From Anaerolineales bacterium (lineage in GTDB: Bacteria; Chloroflexota; Anaerolineae; B4-G1; SLSP01): a stretch of 37,469 nt of DNA. Where the stretch lies: the NCBI GenBank assembly GCA_046541755.1, contig JBKHCQ010000003.1, positions 1 to 37,469 of the forward strand, given 5' to 3'. The position numbers and the translations under genes are program-made. Below are positions 7,894 to 17,322 of the stretch, one piece after another. The notes under the pieces were generated by a model that did no database searches, was not told where the DNA came from, and saw nothing but the letters and a program-made list of their open reading frames with translations. The stretch's first letter is position 1; every line of letters begins with the position of its first letter.

Positions 7894-10128
7894 ATGAAGT
7901 TTTGGACACAGAGCTTGATGGCTCGATTGGTCAGTTACTTCTTGGTGCTGTTGTTGCTGGTCATCGGCCTGGTGGGATATGTAGCGTTTGCGCAGGCGCG
8001 CTCCGCGTTGGAGGAAGCGGCGCTCGCGCGCCTGAATACCGCCGCGCACGTCAAAGAAGGCGAATTGAATCGCTGGATCGATACGCAAGCCGAAGATGTG
8101 CGTTTCGTCGCTGCCCTTCCTATCGTGCCGGAACAGTTGGCGGTGTTGATCCAGCGTGAGCCATCCGATGCCGAGGGCTTGGCGGCAGAGGCTTATCAAT
8201 CTGCCTATGACGTGCTCACCGCTTACTTAAACGCTGCACTCGCGCAGAAACCCGATTTTAATGAGATTGAGATCTTATCCGATGTCGGAGGGCGCGTGCT
8301 GGTCTCCACCAATAAAACGCAGGAGGGCGAATATCGCGTCGCTGATCAATACTACATCCAAGGTAAGGAAGACACCTTCGTGCAAAACGTTTACCCTTCG
8401 CCCGTCACCGGCGATCGGCGGATGACCATCGCCACGCCCATCCTCGCGGCCGATGGCGAGCGGTTAGGGGTGTTGGTCGTCCACTTGAACCTGGAGAAGA
8501 TGGATCGCATCGTCTTAGAGCGCGTCGGGTTGGGCGAGTCCGGCGAAGCCTATCTGGTGGATCGATTCAACGTCTTCGTCTCCAGTGAGCGCTTCGGGCC
8601 GGATGATTTCCCGCGCGGCGTCCACACCGTGGGCATCGACCGGGCCGTCCAGCAACAGCAAGATGGCAGCGCGCTCTACGTCAACTACGCCGGCACGCCC
8701 GTTTTAGGCGTCTATCGTTGGATCGAGGAGCGTGAAGTAGCGCTCTTGGTCGAGATGGCGCAAGAACAGGCTTTCGCCCCCGCGCGTCGATTGGCCGGCC
8801 TTTTGGGCTTGATCGGGCTGCCGTTGGCCGTGATCCTGGGCGGCACGGTCTACTGGCTCTCGCGACGCATCGCCCACCCCATTTTAGAGATCACAGACGC
8901 GGCGACGCGGGTGGTCGAGGGCGATTTGGAGGCGCGCGCGCCCGTCGCCACCGAGGATGAGGTCGGTCTGCTGGCGCGCACCTTCAATCAGATGACGCAA
9001 CAGTTGCGGCAGACCATCGGCAGCTTGGAGCAGCAGGTCGAGAGCCGTACCCGCGATCTGGAACGCCGCGCGACATATTTAGAGGCTTCGGCTGAGGTTG
9101 GACGGGCGGCCGCCTCGATCTTGGACACTGAGCAACTGATCCAGCAGATCGTGGCGTTGATCCGCGAGCGCTTCACACTCTACTACGTGGGGCTGTTCTT
9201 AATCGATGAGGCGGGGGAATGGGCCGTGCTCCGCACGGGCACCGGCGAGGCCGGTCAGGTCATGTTGGCGCGCGGGCACCGGTTGCGCGTGGCCGAGGAT
9301 TCGATGATCGGCTGGAGCATTGTCCATGCGCAGGCGCGAGTAGCCCAGCAGGCCGAATCGGATGAGGTGCGCGAGGCCACGAGCGAGTTGCCGGACACGC
9401 GCTCCGAGGCGGCGTTGCCGCTCCGGGCGCGCGGGCAAGTCATCGGCGCGTTGACCGTTCAGGATGATGTCCCCGGCGCCTTCGATCCGGCGACGATCAC
9501 GGTGCTCCAGACGATGGCCGATCAGGTCGCCGTCGCCCTGGATAACGCGCGCTTGTTCGCGGAAGCGCAGCAAGCGCTGCGAACCGCGCGGCAGGCCTAC
9601 GGCGAGTTGAGCCGCCAGGCGTGGATGGAGCTTCTGGAAGAGCGGCATGGTTTGGGCTATCGCTATCGGCAGGAGCGCGTCTTCGCGGCAACGGGCGATT
9701 GGCCGGAGGTGATGCAGCGCGCCTTGCAGACAGAGCAGAGCGTTCAACTCAGCGCCGAAGCTTCATCCGAGGGGCCGGTGTTGGCCATCCCCCTGCGCGT
9801 TCGCGGCGAACCGATTGGGGTGTTAAGATTCTGCAAGCGCGTTCCTTCGGACGCCGAGAGCGTACAAGCGGCGTGGACTGAGAGTGAGCAGACATTCTTG
9901 CAGGGCCTGGTTGATCAGTTGGGAGATGCGTTGGAAAGCGCGCGTCTCTTCCAAGAATCGCAGCGGCGGGCCGCGCGCGAGCAGTTGGCCAGTGAGATCA
10001 CGGCCCACATCCGCGAGTCGCTCGATATGGAGACGGTCGCCCGGCGCGCCATCCAGGAACTGGGCCATGCCTTGGATGCGGACGCTGTGACCCTCCAGTT
10101 GGGAGCGGTGGAGCATCTGTTGGACTAG
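7894..10128 (+). CDS. Receptor paralog 3: TM - dCache-like - TM - HAMP - GAF - partial GAF - tail
   Basis: Cache hallmarks (TIATPI..GVLVV, GLGESGEAYLVD, YVNYAGTPVLGVYRWI), HAMP DEVGLLARTFNQM, GAF1 YYVGLFL..LPDTRSEAALPL, and ALESARLFQESQRRAARE followed by the tail. Confidence 0.92.
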   Translation: MKFWTQSLMARLVSYFLVLLLLVIGLVGYVAFAQARSALEEAALARLNTAAHVKEGELNRWIDTQAEDVRFVAALPIVPEQLAVLIQREPSDAEGLAAEAYQSAYDVLTAYLNAALAQKPDFNEIEILSDVGGRVLVSTNKTQEGEYRVADQYYIQGKEDTFVQNVYPSPVTGDRRMTIATPILAADGERLGVLVVHLNLEKMDRIVLERVGLGESGEAYLVDRFNVFVSSERFGPDDFPRGVHTVGIDRAVQQQQDGSALYVNYAGTPVLGVYRWIEEREVALLVEMAQEQAFAPARRLAGLLGLIGLPLAVILGGTVYWLSRRIAHPILEITDAATRVVEGDLEARAPVATEDEVGLLARTFNQMTQQLRQTIGSLEQQVESRTRDLERRATYLEASAEVGRAAASILDTEQLIQQIVALIRERFTLYYVGLFLIDEAGEWAVLRTGTGEAGQVMLARGHRLRVAEDSMIGWSIVHAQARVAQQAESDEVREATSELPDTRSEAALPLRARGQVIGALTVQDDVPGAFDPATITVLQTMADQVAVALDNARLFAEAQQALRTARQAYGELSRQAWMELLEERHGLGYRYRQERVFAATGDWPEVMQRALQTEQSVQLSAEASSEGPVLAIPLRVRGEPIGVLRFCKRVPSDAESVQAAWTESEQTFLQGLVDQLGDALESARLFQESQRRAAREQLASEITAHIRESLDMETVARRAIQELGHALDADAVTLQLGAVEHLLD

Positions 10129-10179
10129 GTTTGTAGTCAGACACGTAATGAAAATGAGTATCAGTTTAGTTACATGAGC

Positions 10180-10287
10180 AGAGCAAGGTGCAACGCACTT
10201 AAACGGAAGGAAAGCCCACGCCTCATGCAGGACGTGCCTAGGGATAAGCCGAAAAGTGTGTTGCGCCTTACAAGACTAAGCGATTAC
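10180..10287. repeat. Dispersed ~108-bp REP/REPIN-like repeat, copy A
   Basis: About 80% identical by manual alignment to 25287-25392. Inverted arms aaggtgcaacgcactt (10185-10200) and aagtgtgttgcgcctt (10254-10269). Confidence 0.85.
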
Positions 10288-10335
10288 GAAAATGAAAACG
10301 AGAATGAGAATGAAAATGAAAATGAAAATGAGAAT
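10288..10335. repeat. Hexanucleotide microsatellite (GARAAY)8
   Basis: gaaaat gaaaac gagaat gagaat gaaaat gaaaat gaaaat gagaat. Confidence 0.9.
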
Positions 10336-10424
10336 GAAATGGACTGTCATAAAGCGCTACTTCGCTGTCGCTTCGTAGCTAACTACAAACCGTGCTAAAA
10401 GATAGCCGTCAGGAGAATCACATA

Positions 10425-12290
10425 ATGAGCGAACATCATATCGCGGAGATTGCAGAATCTCCTAATCCGCGCGTCCGACCGGGGCCGACCCCGCCGATGT
10501 CTGAGTTGGCGGTGGCCGACTTGCAACGTCGGCGCCAGCAGGTGCTCAATCTATTGCTAGGGATCGTGGTCGTCGGGGGATTTTTTGTGTTCCTCCCCTT
10601 CATGATGGAGATCGTGCAAGATCCGGGGCGAATTCTGGCGGAATGGCCGTACTTCGTTATCTATGCCGTGGTCGTGATGGCCTTCTTGATGCGCACCCTC
10701 CACTATCATCTGCGCTTGGCCGTGCTCGTGACCGTTGTTTATCTCTTCGGCGCTCTGAACGTGCAGGCCGCCGGCGTCGCCGGGCCGGGGGTCTGGTATC
10801 TGCTCGTGGGGCCGGCGCTGCTCTTCTCCTTGGGCGGTTGGCGCGCCGGGTTTTTCGCGCTCGCCTTCAGCGCCTTGGTCTACGTAGGGCTTGGCGTGGC
10901 TCATTATCAGGGCTGGATGTCTTTTCAACTGCCAGACCCCACGGAACTGGGATCGCTGCTCTCTTTTAGCGCGATGTACTTTCTGACGCTTGCCTTCATC
11001 GGGGTGGCGCAGGGGATGTTCAATCGCGCCCAAGAGGCGACGTTGCAGACGGCTTGGCAACGCGCGGAGGCGTTGGAGACATCGCGACAACAGAGCCAAC
11101 GCCAGGCCGATGAACTGGCCTCCGTTAACCGCCAGCTTCAGCGCCAATTGCGACAGTTCATCATCGCCGCCGAGGTGTTGGCGGCCACCCGCGGGATCAC
11201 GACGCTGGAGACATTTTTGGATCACGTAGTTGACCTGATTCACCAACGCCTGGCCGATATGGGCGTCACGAGCGTGGGACTCTACATGTACGAGACCGCA
11301 CTCACCGCCGAGCCGCAGACCGGCATGGGGCAGCGCCTGCGATTGCGCGCTGTTTCTGAGGATGGCGACACTTCGGAGGTAAGCGAGCATCGGATCCCAA
11401 GTTTGGTGAACACGGTATTATATTCGCAAGTGGGCCGGATCTCCCGTGAGAGCCAGAAAGGCATAAAGCAGTTGGCCCTTCCTTTACGCCTCCATCTGCA
11501 CCTCCATCCGCATGTCCCTTTGCACGATCAACCAGCGGCCTCTGAGGCGGAGCAAGCGGCGCGGGCGTCCCAGAATGTTAGGCAGGGCTTGCGGGCCGCG
11601 GGCGTCCTCTTTTTGCAGAGCGCGGCGCCTGAAGCTTTCCACGCGGAAGATTTGGATGTCTGGCAGGTGCTGGCCGATCAGCTATCCATCGCCATCCAGA
11701 ATATCTCTCTGCTCCAACAGACGCAACATCAGGTGCGCGAGTTGCAGCGCCGTTACCAGCGCTACGATCAGGAAATTTGGCAGCGCGAGGTGGGGCGGCG
11801 CAAGGTCTTCCGGTATGCGCAGGGCGAGGTTATTGAGGATGAGGATGGGGATGGGGAGGTTGAAAGCGCAGAACTTTCCAGGGCGACGCGCGCGGCTGTA
11901 CGGGAGCGACGTCTCGTGATAGATCGCGAGGCTCAAGATGGGGTCGCGCGCATCACCGTCCCCATCACCATGCGCGATGCCGTGATTGGCGTGATGCACA
12001 TCGAGAAATCTGGCGCGCGCGCCCGCTGGTCAGAAAGTCAAGTGGATTTAGTGCGGATGATCAATGAGCAGTTGGAGTTGGCCTTGGATAGCGCGCGTCT
12101 CTTCGAAAGCACGCAAATGCGCGCGGCCCGCGAGCGCTTGGTAGGCGATATCTCCTCCCAGATGCGGGCCGCGGTCAATTTGGAAGATATGTTGCGGACG
12201 GCCGTCCAAGAATTGGGGCAACGCCTCTCCTTGGATGAAGTGGTCTTAGAGATGATGGCGGAGCCAAGCGGTCAATCGCATGGCGAATGA
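10425..12290 (+). CDS. Receptor paralog 4: multi-TM - divergent GAF - partial GAF - tail
   Basis: ATG 10425 follows AGGAG (10411-10415); the track start at 10392 has no RBS. About 6 TM segments, a degenerate GAF1 with a His-rich insert, and ALDSARLFESTQMRAARERLVGDISSQMRAAVNLEDMLRTAVQELG. Confidence 0.88.
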   Translation: MSEHHIAEIAESPNPRVRPGPTPPMSELAVADLQRRRQQVLNLLLGIVVVGGFFVFLPFMMEIVQDPGRILAEWPYFVIYAVVVMAFLMRTLHYHLRLAVLVTVVYLFGALNVQAAGVAGPGVWYLLVGPALLFSLGGWRAGFFALAFSALVYVGLGVAHYQGWMSFQLPDPTELGSLLSFSAMYFLTLAFIGVAQGMFNRAQEATLQTAWQRAEALETSRQQSQRQADELASVNRQLQRQLRQFIIAAEVLAATRGITTLETFLDHVVDLIHQRLADMGVTSVGLYMYETALTAEPQTGMGQRLRLRAVSEDGDTSEVSEHRIPSLVNTVLYSQVGRISRESQKGIKQLALPLRLHLHLHPHVPLHDQPAASEAEQAARASQNVRQGLRAAGVLFLQSAAPEAFHAEDLDVWQVLADQLSIAIQNISLLQQTQHQVRELQRRYQRYDQEIWQREVGRRKVFRYAQGEVIEDEDGDGEVESAELSRATRAAVRERRLVIDREAQDGVARITVPITMRDAVIGVMHIEKSGARARWSESQVDLVRMINEQLELALDSARLFESTQMRAARERLVGDISSQMRAAVNLEDMLRTAVQELGQRLSLDEVVLEMMAEPSGQSHGE

Positions 12291-12314
12291 CGAACGCCGT
12301 AGGACGGAGTAACT

Positions 12315-14318
12315 ATGAGCAATTATGATCTGGAAGCCAAAGAACTAACCCATAGATCGCGATTATCGTTGCGGGCCAGCCTGTTGTTGGGCTTTGGCGC
12401 GATTATTCTGCTGCTGCTGGCATCGGCCGGGGTGATGGTTTATCAGCTCAATGTGATGTCGAGTGCTAACGAGCAATTAGAAGTGCAAAGCCGGCGGACG
12501 TTATCTGCCGAGGCCCTATCACGCGCCCGCTTAAATCTCCTCCTGGCGCTCGATGAGGGCATCTTCCGTGAGGATCGGGAGCTTTTTACCTCTGAGGTGC
12601 AGGCGCGCAGGGAGGAATTGAACGATCACTACGCTACCTTCGCCGCCACCTTCACGGAGCCGAATCTCACCTTGGATACTACCGTCGAAAACCTGAACCG
12701 CATAGTCACATATATGATAGATTCGGGGGAGCAGGAGGATTGGGTCGCGACGCGGCGGACGCGTATCTATGCGTTGGGAGATGAATTACAGCGCATTTCG
12801 GATACGGTGGATCAAGCGGTGCTGCGGGCGCAAGAGGAGCAGTTCGCGGCCTTGGAGCGCGCGACCGAGGCGCAACGCGCGGTTTCTCGGACGGTCTTTG
12901 GAGCATTTTTATTGGTGGTTGTGCTCAGCGGGGCGATGGCGTACACGATACTGCGCGCTTTCGGGCGCTCCGTGGGCGTGCTCGTCCAGGGCGCCGAGCG
13001 CTTGGCCTCCGGGGATTTAGAACATCGCGTGCAGGTCACAACGCAGGATGAGTTGGGGCGCTTGGCTCAAGCATTCAACCAGATGGCGCAAGAGTTGCAC
13101 GACCTCTACGCCGACTTGGAAGCGCGGATTGTGGAGCGGACGCAGGCGCTGGAATCGCTCACCGACCAGATGCGTATCTCCGCCGAAGTGGGGCGCGCGG
13201 CAACGACGGTCCTCGATCCAGAGGAGCTACAACAGTACGTTGTGCGCTTGGTCAGCGATCAATTTGGCTTTTATCACACCGGACTCTTTTTAGTGGATGA
13301 GAGTGAGCAGTATGCCATATTGCGGGCTGCTTCCAGTGAGGGCGGTGAGCGGATGCTGGAACGTCGGCATCAATTGCGCGTTGGCGAGGGCATTGTGGGG
13401 CGGGTAATCGAATCGGGCGAGCCTTACGTCGTCCTCGATACGACCCAAGACGCCATCCACTACGCCGCCCCGGATCTGCCGGAGACGCGCTCGGAGGCGG
13501 CGCTGCCCCTGCGCGCTCGCGGCCGCATCTTCGGCGCGCTGGACGTGCAGAGCGTCGAGGCGCAGGCCTTCACCGATGAGAACGTGACGGTCTTCCAAGC
13601 GTTGGCCGATCAGGTCGCCTTGGCCTTGGATAACGCGCGCTTGTATCAGGAGACTCAATCGCGGCTCCACGAGGTGGAACGCCTCTACGGCCAGTACAGT
13701 CGCGAGGCCTGGGCCAAGATCGCGCGCGCCGGCCTGCGCGGCTATCGCTTCACCCGCGAACAGGGTGTCAGCGATGAGCCGGTGTGGTACGAGGAGATGT
13801 CGGAGGCCTTAGCGGCGCAAGCGCCAATCCGAGGCGGCAAAGTCGCGGAGGATCAGGCCGGTGTGACCCCCGAAGGACACGCCTTGGCCATTCCCATCCG
13901 GGCGCGGAATCAGGTCGTCGGCGTCTTAGATCTGCGCAAATCGTCGGAGGCCGGCCCGTGGACATCGGACGAAATCTCATTGATCGAGACCCTGGTCGGG
14001 CAGACCGGCCCAACGTTGGAAAGCTCGCGTCTCTTCGCGGAAGCGCGCCGGCGCGCCTCTCGCGAGCGCGCGATCCGCGAGATCACCGATCAGATGGAGC
14101 GGGCGACGGACATCGCGTCGCTGTTGCGCATCACCACCGAGGAGTTGAGCAAGACGTTGGGCGGCTCGCGCGTCGCCGCCCGGATCGGCGCCCTCAATCG
14201 TGAAGCGCAAATCGCAGAAGAGAAGGGGCTGGCGGCAGATGAGGCGGCCGGTGAAGAAGGCGATGTGGGCGATGTGGGTGGTGTGGCAGGTGTAGAGGTT
14301 GAAGGAGGCGACGACTAA
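12315..14318 (+). CDS. Receptor paralog 5: TM - helical (4HB-like) ectodomain - TM - HAMP - GAF - partial GAF - tail
   Basis: RBS GGAG, a ~150 aa helical-looking ectodomain, HAMP DELGRLAQAFNQM, conserved GAF1, then LESSRLFAEARRRASRE and the tail with an acidic/Gly low-complexity end. Confidence 0.9.
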   Translation: MSNYDLEAKELTHRSRLSLRASLLLGFGAIILLLLASAGVMVYQLNVMSSANEQLEVQSRRTLSAEALSRARLNLLLALDEGIFREDRELFTSEVQARREELNDHYATFAATFTEPNLTLDTTVENLNRIVTYMIDSGEQEDWVATRRTRIYALGDELQRISDTVDQAVLRAQEEQFAALERATEAQRAVSRTVFGAFLLVVVLSGAMAYTILRAFGRSVGVLVQGAERLASGDLEHRVQVTTQDELGRLAQAFNQMAQELHDLYADLEARIVERTQALESLTDQMRISAEVGRAATTVLDPEELQQYVVRLVSDQFGFYHTGLFLVDESEQYAILRAASSEGGERMLERRHQLRVGEGIVGRVIESGEPYVVLDTTQDAIHYAAPDLPETRSEAALPLRARGRIFGALDVQSVEAQAFTDENVTVFQALADQVALALDNARLYQETQSRLHEVERLYGQYSREAWAKIARAGLRGYRFTREQGVSDEPVWYEEMSEALAAQAPIRGGKVAEDQAGVTPEGHALAIPIRARNQVVGVLDLRKSSEAGPWTSDEISLIETLVGQTGPTLESSRLFAEARRRASRERAIREITDQMERATDIASLLRITTEELSKTLGGSRVAARIGALNREAQIAEEKGLAADEAAGEEGDVGDVGGVAGVEVEGGDD

Positions 14319-17137
14319 TGGCCGGTAACGAAGACCGAATAACCCAACAGCGACCTACCGTCGGCCTCTTGACCTACGGCGGCGCCGATCCGACCAGCCA
14401 TGCTCTTTGGGCGGGCGTGAACGATGTCGTCCAAGCCCAGGGCGCGAATTTGATCGCCTTCGCCGGCGAGGCCTTGGAATCGAAAGAGAGCTTTATAGCG
14501 CAAGCCAACATCCTCTATGACCTGGTCACGCCGGATCTTGTGGATGGCCTGGTCATCTTTGGGGGGATGCTGGCGCACGAGATCGGCTCGGAGCGAGCGC
14601 GGGCCTTTATTAAGCGGTACTTGCCGCTGCCGATGGTCAATGTCTCCGAGGTGATGGCGGATATGCCCCATGTGCTGGTGGATAATTACCAGGGCATGCG
14701 CGCCGTCGTGACGCATCTGGTGGAAGCGCACGCCTATCGCCGCATCGCGTTCATTCGCGGGCCGGAGGGTCACATCGAGGCGGAGACGCGCTATCAAGCC
14801 TACGTCGATGTGCTGACCGAGCACGGCCTGCCGGTCGATCCGGCGTTGGTCGCGCCGGGCGGCTTTGGGCTGGATTTGGGCGAGCGCGCCATCGAAATCC
14901 TGCTGGACGAGCGGCAGGTCGCCTTGGATGCCGTCGTCGGCGTCAACGACTACCTGGCCATCCATGCGATGCAGGCCTTGCGCCAGCGAGGTTTTGAAAT
15001 CCCCGGCGATGTCGCCGTCGTAGGATTTGACGATCGTCCCGAGGCCAAGTTCCTCGATCCGCCCCTGACGACGGTCTCGCAGCCGTGGTATACAATCGGG
15101 CGGCGTGCCGGTGAGTTGCTGTTGGCGCAATTGCGCGCCGAGCCGGTCTCGGACGAAGTATTGGTCGCGCCGGAGTTGGTCGTGCGACGCTCCTGTGGCT
15201 GCCTTTCGCGGCAGTTGCAAGATGTCGTCGTATCCTACGAAACTATCGGCGCGGACGAGCGTGAAGGGCCGGCTGAGCGGGCCTGCGTCATCGATGAGGG
15301 CCGGTTGCTGCCGGCCGTGATGCCCCGGGTCACCGGCGTGGATCGGGGCCGGGTGCGCGCCTTGGTCGAGGCCTTTACCCAGGCAGTGGCAGCGGAGGGC
15401 GACCTCGACGAACAATTCCTCACGACCTTGGAGACGACCCTGCGGCAGGTAGTGGACGCGCGGGGTGAGGTTGGGGCCTGGCAGCACCTGATCTCGACCT
15501 TGCGTCGTCAAGCGGTGATGGGATGTGACTTCGAGGATGGCATTCAGGATGTCGCCACATTGGCGCGCGCGGAAAATCTGTGGCACCAGGCGCGGATTTT
15601 GATCGGCCGCTGGGAGAGCCGCGTAGAAGCCCAAGCGCGACTGCGAGATTTACAGCGCTTTACCCAACTCCAGGAGATGGGCGAGGGGATGCGGGCCACC
15701 GAGACGGCCTCGGAATTGATGGAGGTGCTCGTTAGTGATCTGCCGTCCTTAGACATCCCGCGCTGCTACCTTTCCCTCTACGAAGACCCCACATCCCCGA
15801 CGGCGTGGTCACATCTCCTATTGGCCTACGATGAGCAGGGACGCCGGGATCTGGGCCAGATCGACCGCCGCTTCCCATCACCGCATCTGATGCCGTCGGC
15901 GTTGCGTCCCGCCTCCTACAGCTTTGTCGTGGAGCCGCTCTACTTTCGGGATAACCAATTGGGGTTCGTGCTCTTTGAGGCCGATCCTTGGCAAGGGGCA
16001 ACCTACCACATCCTCCGGGGGCAGATCAGCAGCGCGCTGAAGGGCACGCTGCTGTTGGAAGAAATAGAGGAGCGCGCGTATCAGATCCAGGCCGCCGCCG
16101 AGGTCGCGCAGATCGTCAGCAGCTTCCTCGATCCCGATGCGCTGATGGATCGGGTGGTCGCGCTGGTGCGCGAGCGCTTTGATCTCTACTATGTGGGCCT
16201 CTTCTTAGTCGATGAGAGCGGCGATTGGACGGGCGAGCCGCGTCGCTGGGCTGTTCTCCGGGCCGGCGCCGGCGCGGCCGGCGAGGCGATGATGGCCGCC
16301 GGTCACAAACTCGAAGTCGGCGGCTCGTCGATGATCGGCCAGTGCGTGGCGAACCAGGAGGCGAGCATCGCGCTGGACGTGGGGCAGGCGGCGGTGCGCT
16401 TCGATAACCCCCATCTGCCCGACACGCACTCCGAGATGGCATTGCCATTGATCAGTCGCGGGCAAGCCATCGGCGCGCTGACCATCCAATCCACGGAGCG
16501 CGCGGCCTTTTCGGAGGAGGATATCACCGTCTTACAGACGATGGCGAGCCAGGTGGCCATCGCGATTGAGAACACGCGCTTGTTGGAGCAGGCGCAGGCG
16601 GCGTTGGCCGAGATGGAAGCGACGCAGCGGCGCTATATGCAGCGCGCGTGGTCGGAGTTCGAGCGCAGACTGGAGCGAACCCAGCACGAAGTCGCGCGCC
16701 CCGACGCCGCGCCGATCGACGCGAATCTCGCGGCGAAGATCCAGCAGGCGCTGGCGGCGCGCAAACCCCAAGTCGTCGAGCACGGCGATGACGAGGGAGC
16801 GGCGCGATCGGTGCTGGTCGCGCCCAGCCTATTGCGCGGCGAGGTGGTCGGCGGCGTGACGATTGCGGATGACAGCGGTGAGCGCGAATGGACGGACGAC
16901 GATATCGCGTTGGTCGAGGTCGTCGCCGAGCGCATGGCGATGATCGCCGAGAATATGCGCCTCTTGGATGAGACGCAGCGCCGCGCGGCCCGCGAGCGGC
17001 TCACGGGGGAGATTGCCTCGCAGATGCGCGAGACGTTAGATGTAAAATCCGTGCTCGAGACCGCGGCTCGCGAAATCGGTGATGCGTTGGGGCTGGCGGC
17101 TTTGGATGTGCGGTTGGATGTGGAGGAGGGAGCCTAA
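14318..17137 (+). CDS. Receptor paralog 6: soluble LacI/PBP1-type ligand-binding domain - GAF-like linker - GAF - partial GAF - tail
   Basis: VLVDNYQG..HL..IAFIRGP..R..Y, ND.LA..A.QAL..G.IPGDVAVVGFDD, PPLTTV.QP and PELVVRRSCGC. No N-terminal HTH and no TM. The stop/start overlap (TAATG) with the upstream gene supports the start. Confidence 0.9.
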   Translation: MAGNEDRITQQRPTVGLLTYGGADPTSHALWAGVNDVVQAQGANLIAFAGEALESKESFIAQANILYDLVTPDLVDGLVIFGGMLAHEIGSERARAFIKRYLPLPMVNVSEVMADMPHVLVDNYQGMRAVVTHLVEAHAYRRIAFIRGPEGHIEAETRYQAYVDVLTEHGLPVDPALVAPGGFGLDLGERAIEILLDERQVALDAVVGVNDYLAIHAMQALRQRGFEIPGDVAVVGFDDRPEAKFLDPPLTTVSQPWYTIGRRAGELLLAQLRAEPVSDEVLVAPELVVRRSCGCLSRQLQDVVVSYETIGADEREGPAERACVIDEGRLLPAVMPRVTGVDRGRVRALVEAFTQAVAAEGDLDEQFLTTLETTLRQVVDARGEVGAWQHLISTLRRQAVMGCDFEDGIQDVATLARAENLWHQARILIGRWESRVEAQARLRDLQRFTQLQEMGEGMRATETASELMEVLVSDLPSLDIPRCYLSLYEDPTSPTAWSHLLLAYDEQGRRDLGQIDRRFPSPHLMPSALRPASYSFVVEPLYFRDNQLGFVLFEADPWQGATYHILRGQISSALKGTLLLEEIEERAYQIQAAAEVAQIVSSFLDPDALMDRVVALVRERFDLYYVGLFLVDESGDWTGEPRRWAVLRAGAGAAGEAMMAAGHKLEVGGSSMIGQCVANQEASIALDVGQAAVRFDNPHLPDTHSEMALPLISRGQAIGALTIQSTERAAFSEEDITVLQTMASQVAIAIENTRLLEQAQAALAEMEATQRRYMQRAWSEFERRLERTQHEVARPDAAPIDANLAAKIQQALAARKPQVVEHGDDEGAARSVLVAPSLLRGEVVGGVTIADDSGEREWTDDDIALVEVVAERMAMIAENMRLLDETQRRAARERLTGEIASQMRETLDVKSVLETAAREIGDALGLAALDVRLDVEEGA

Positions 17138-17171
17138 CTAGGGCCTAACTATGGGACATACTAAGGAGCAG

Positions 17172-17268
17172 TTAAGGCCGATCCAAGAAAATAAATCTTC
17201 CCCAAACGAACCGTTTTTCGAGGAAAAAGCATCCGGTTGGGGAGGTTTTAATTCCTGGAACTACCTAA
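17172..17268. repeat. Imperfect long inverted repeat (MITE-like or terminator-like hairpin)
   Basis: tccaagaaaataaatcttccccaa (17182-17205) pairs imperfectly with ttggggaggttttaattcctgga (17237-17259), with an inner tttttc/gaaaaa hairpin. Confidence 0.6.
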
Positions 17269-17322
17269 GCAGCGGAGTTCTTGAACATGGCTAAAAATGA
17301 GGAAGCAATTGGAGAAGCAACG

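Larger units (their letters stand above)
10128..10391. mobile_element. Possible non-autonomous MITE-like element bounded by 13-bp terminal inverted repeats
   Basis: ggtttgtagtcag (10128-10140) and ctaactacaaacc (10379-10391) are 12/13 inverted complements. They enclose a REP-like doublet and a hexamer tract. No transposase nearby. Confidence 0.4.

Noticed and set aside
10180-10340. CRISPR array or known riboswitch
   Set aside because: No regularly spaced repeat-spacer units and no cas genes. I could not match a known riboswitch consensus by eye; an Rfam search is still needed.
10174-10398. 74-aa ORF with an ENENEN tract
   Set aside because: It is a translation of the repeat element plus microsatellite, and the homologous copy at 25287 has no equivalent + strand ORF in the track.
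14318-15200. LacI-family transcription factor
   Set aside because: No N-terminal HTH; the ligand-binding domain starts within ~12 residues of the start.
14315-15634. 439-aa minus-strand ORF (also 27408-28298, 10557-11390, 4296-4985 and other shadow ORFs)
   Set aside because: They lie antisense to well-supported genes, show no recognisable motifs, and are expected from GC-rich codon bias.
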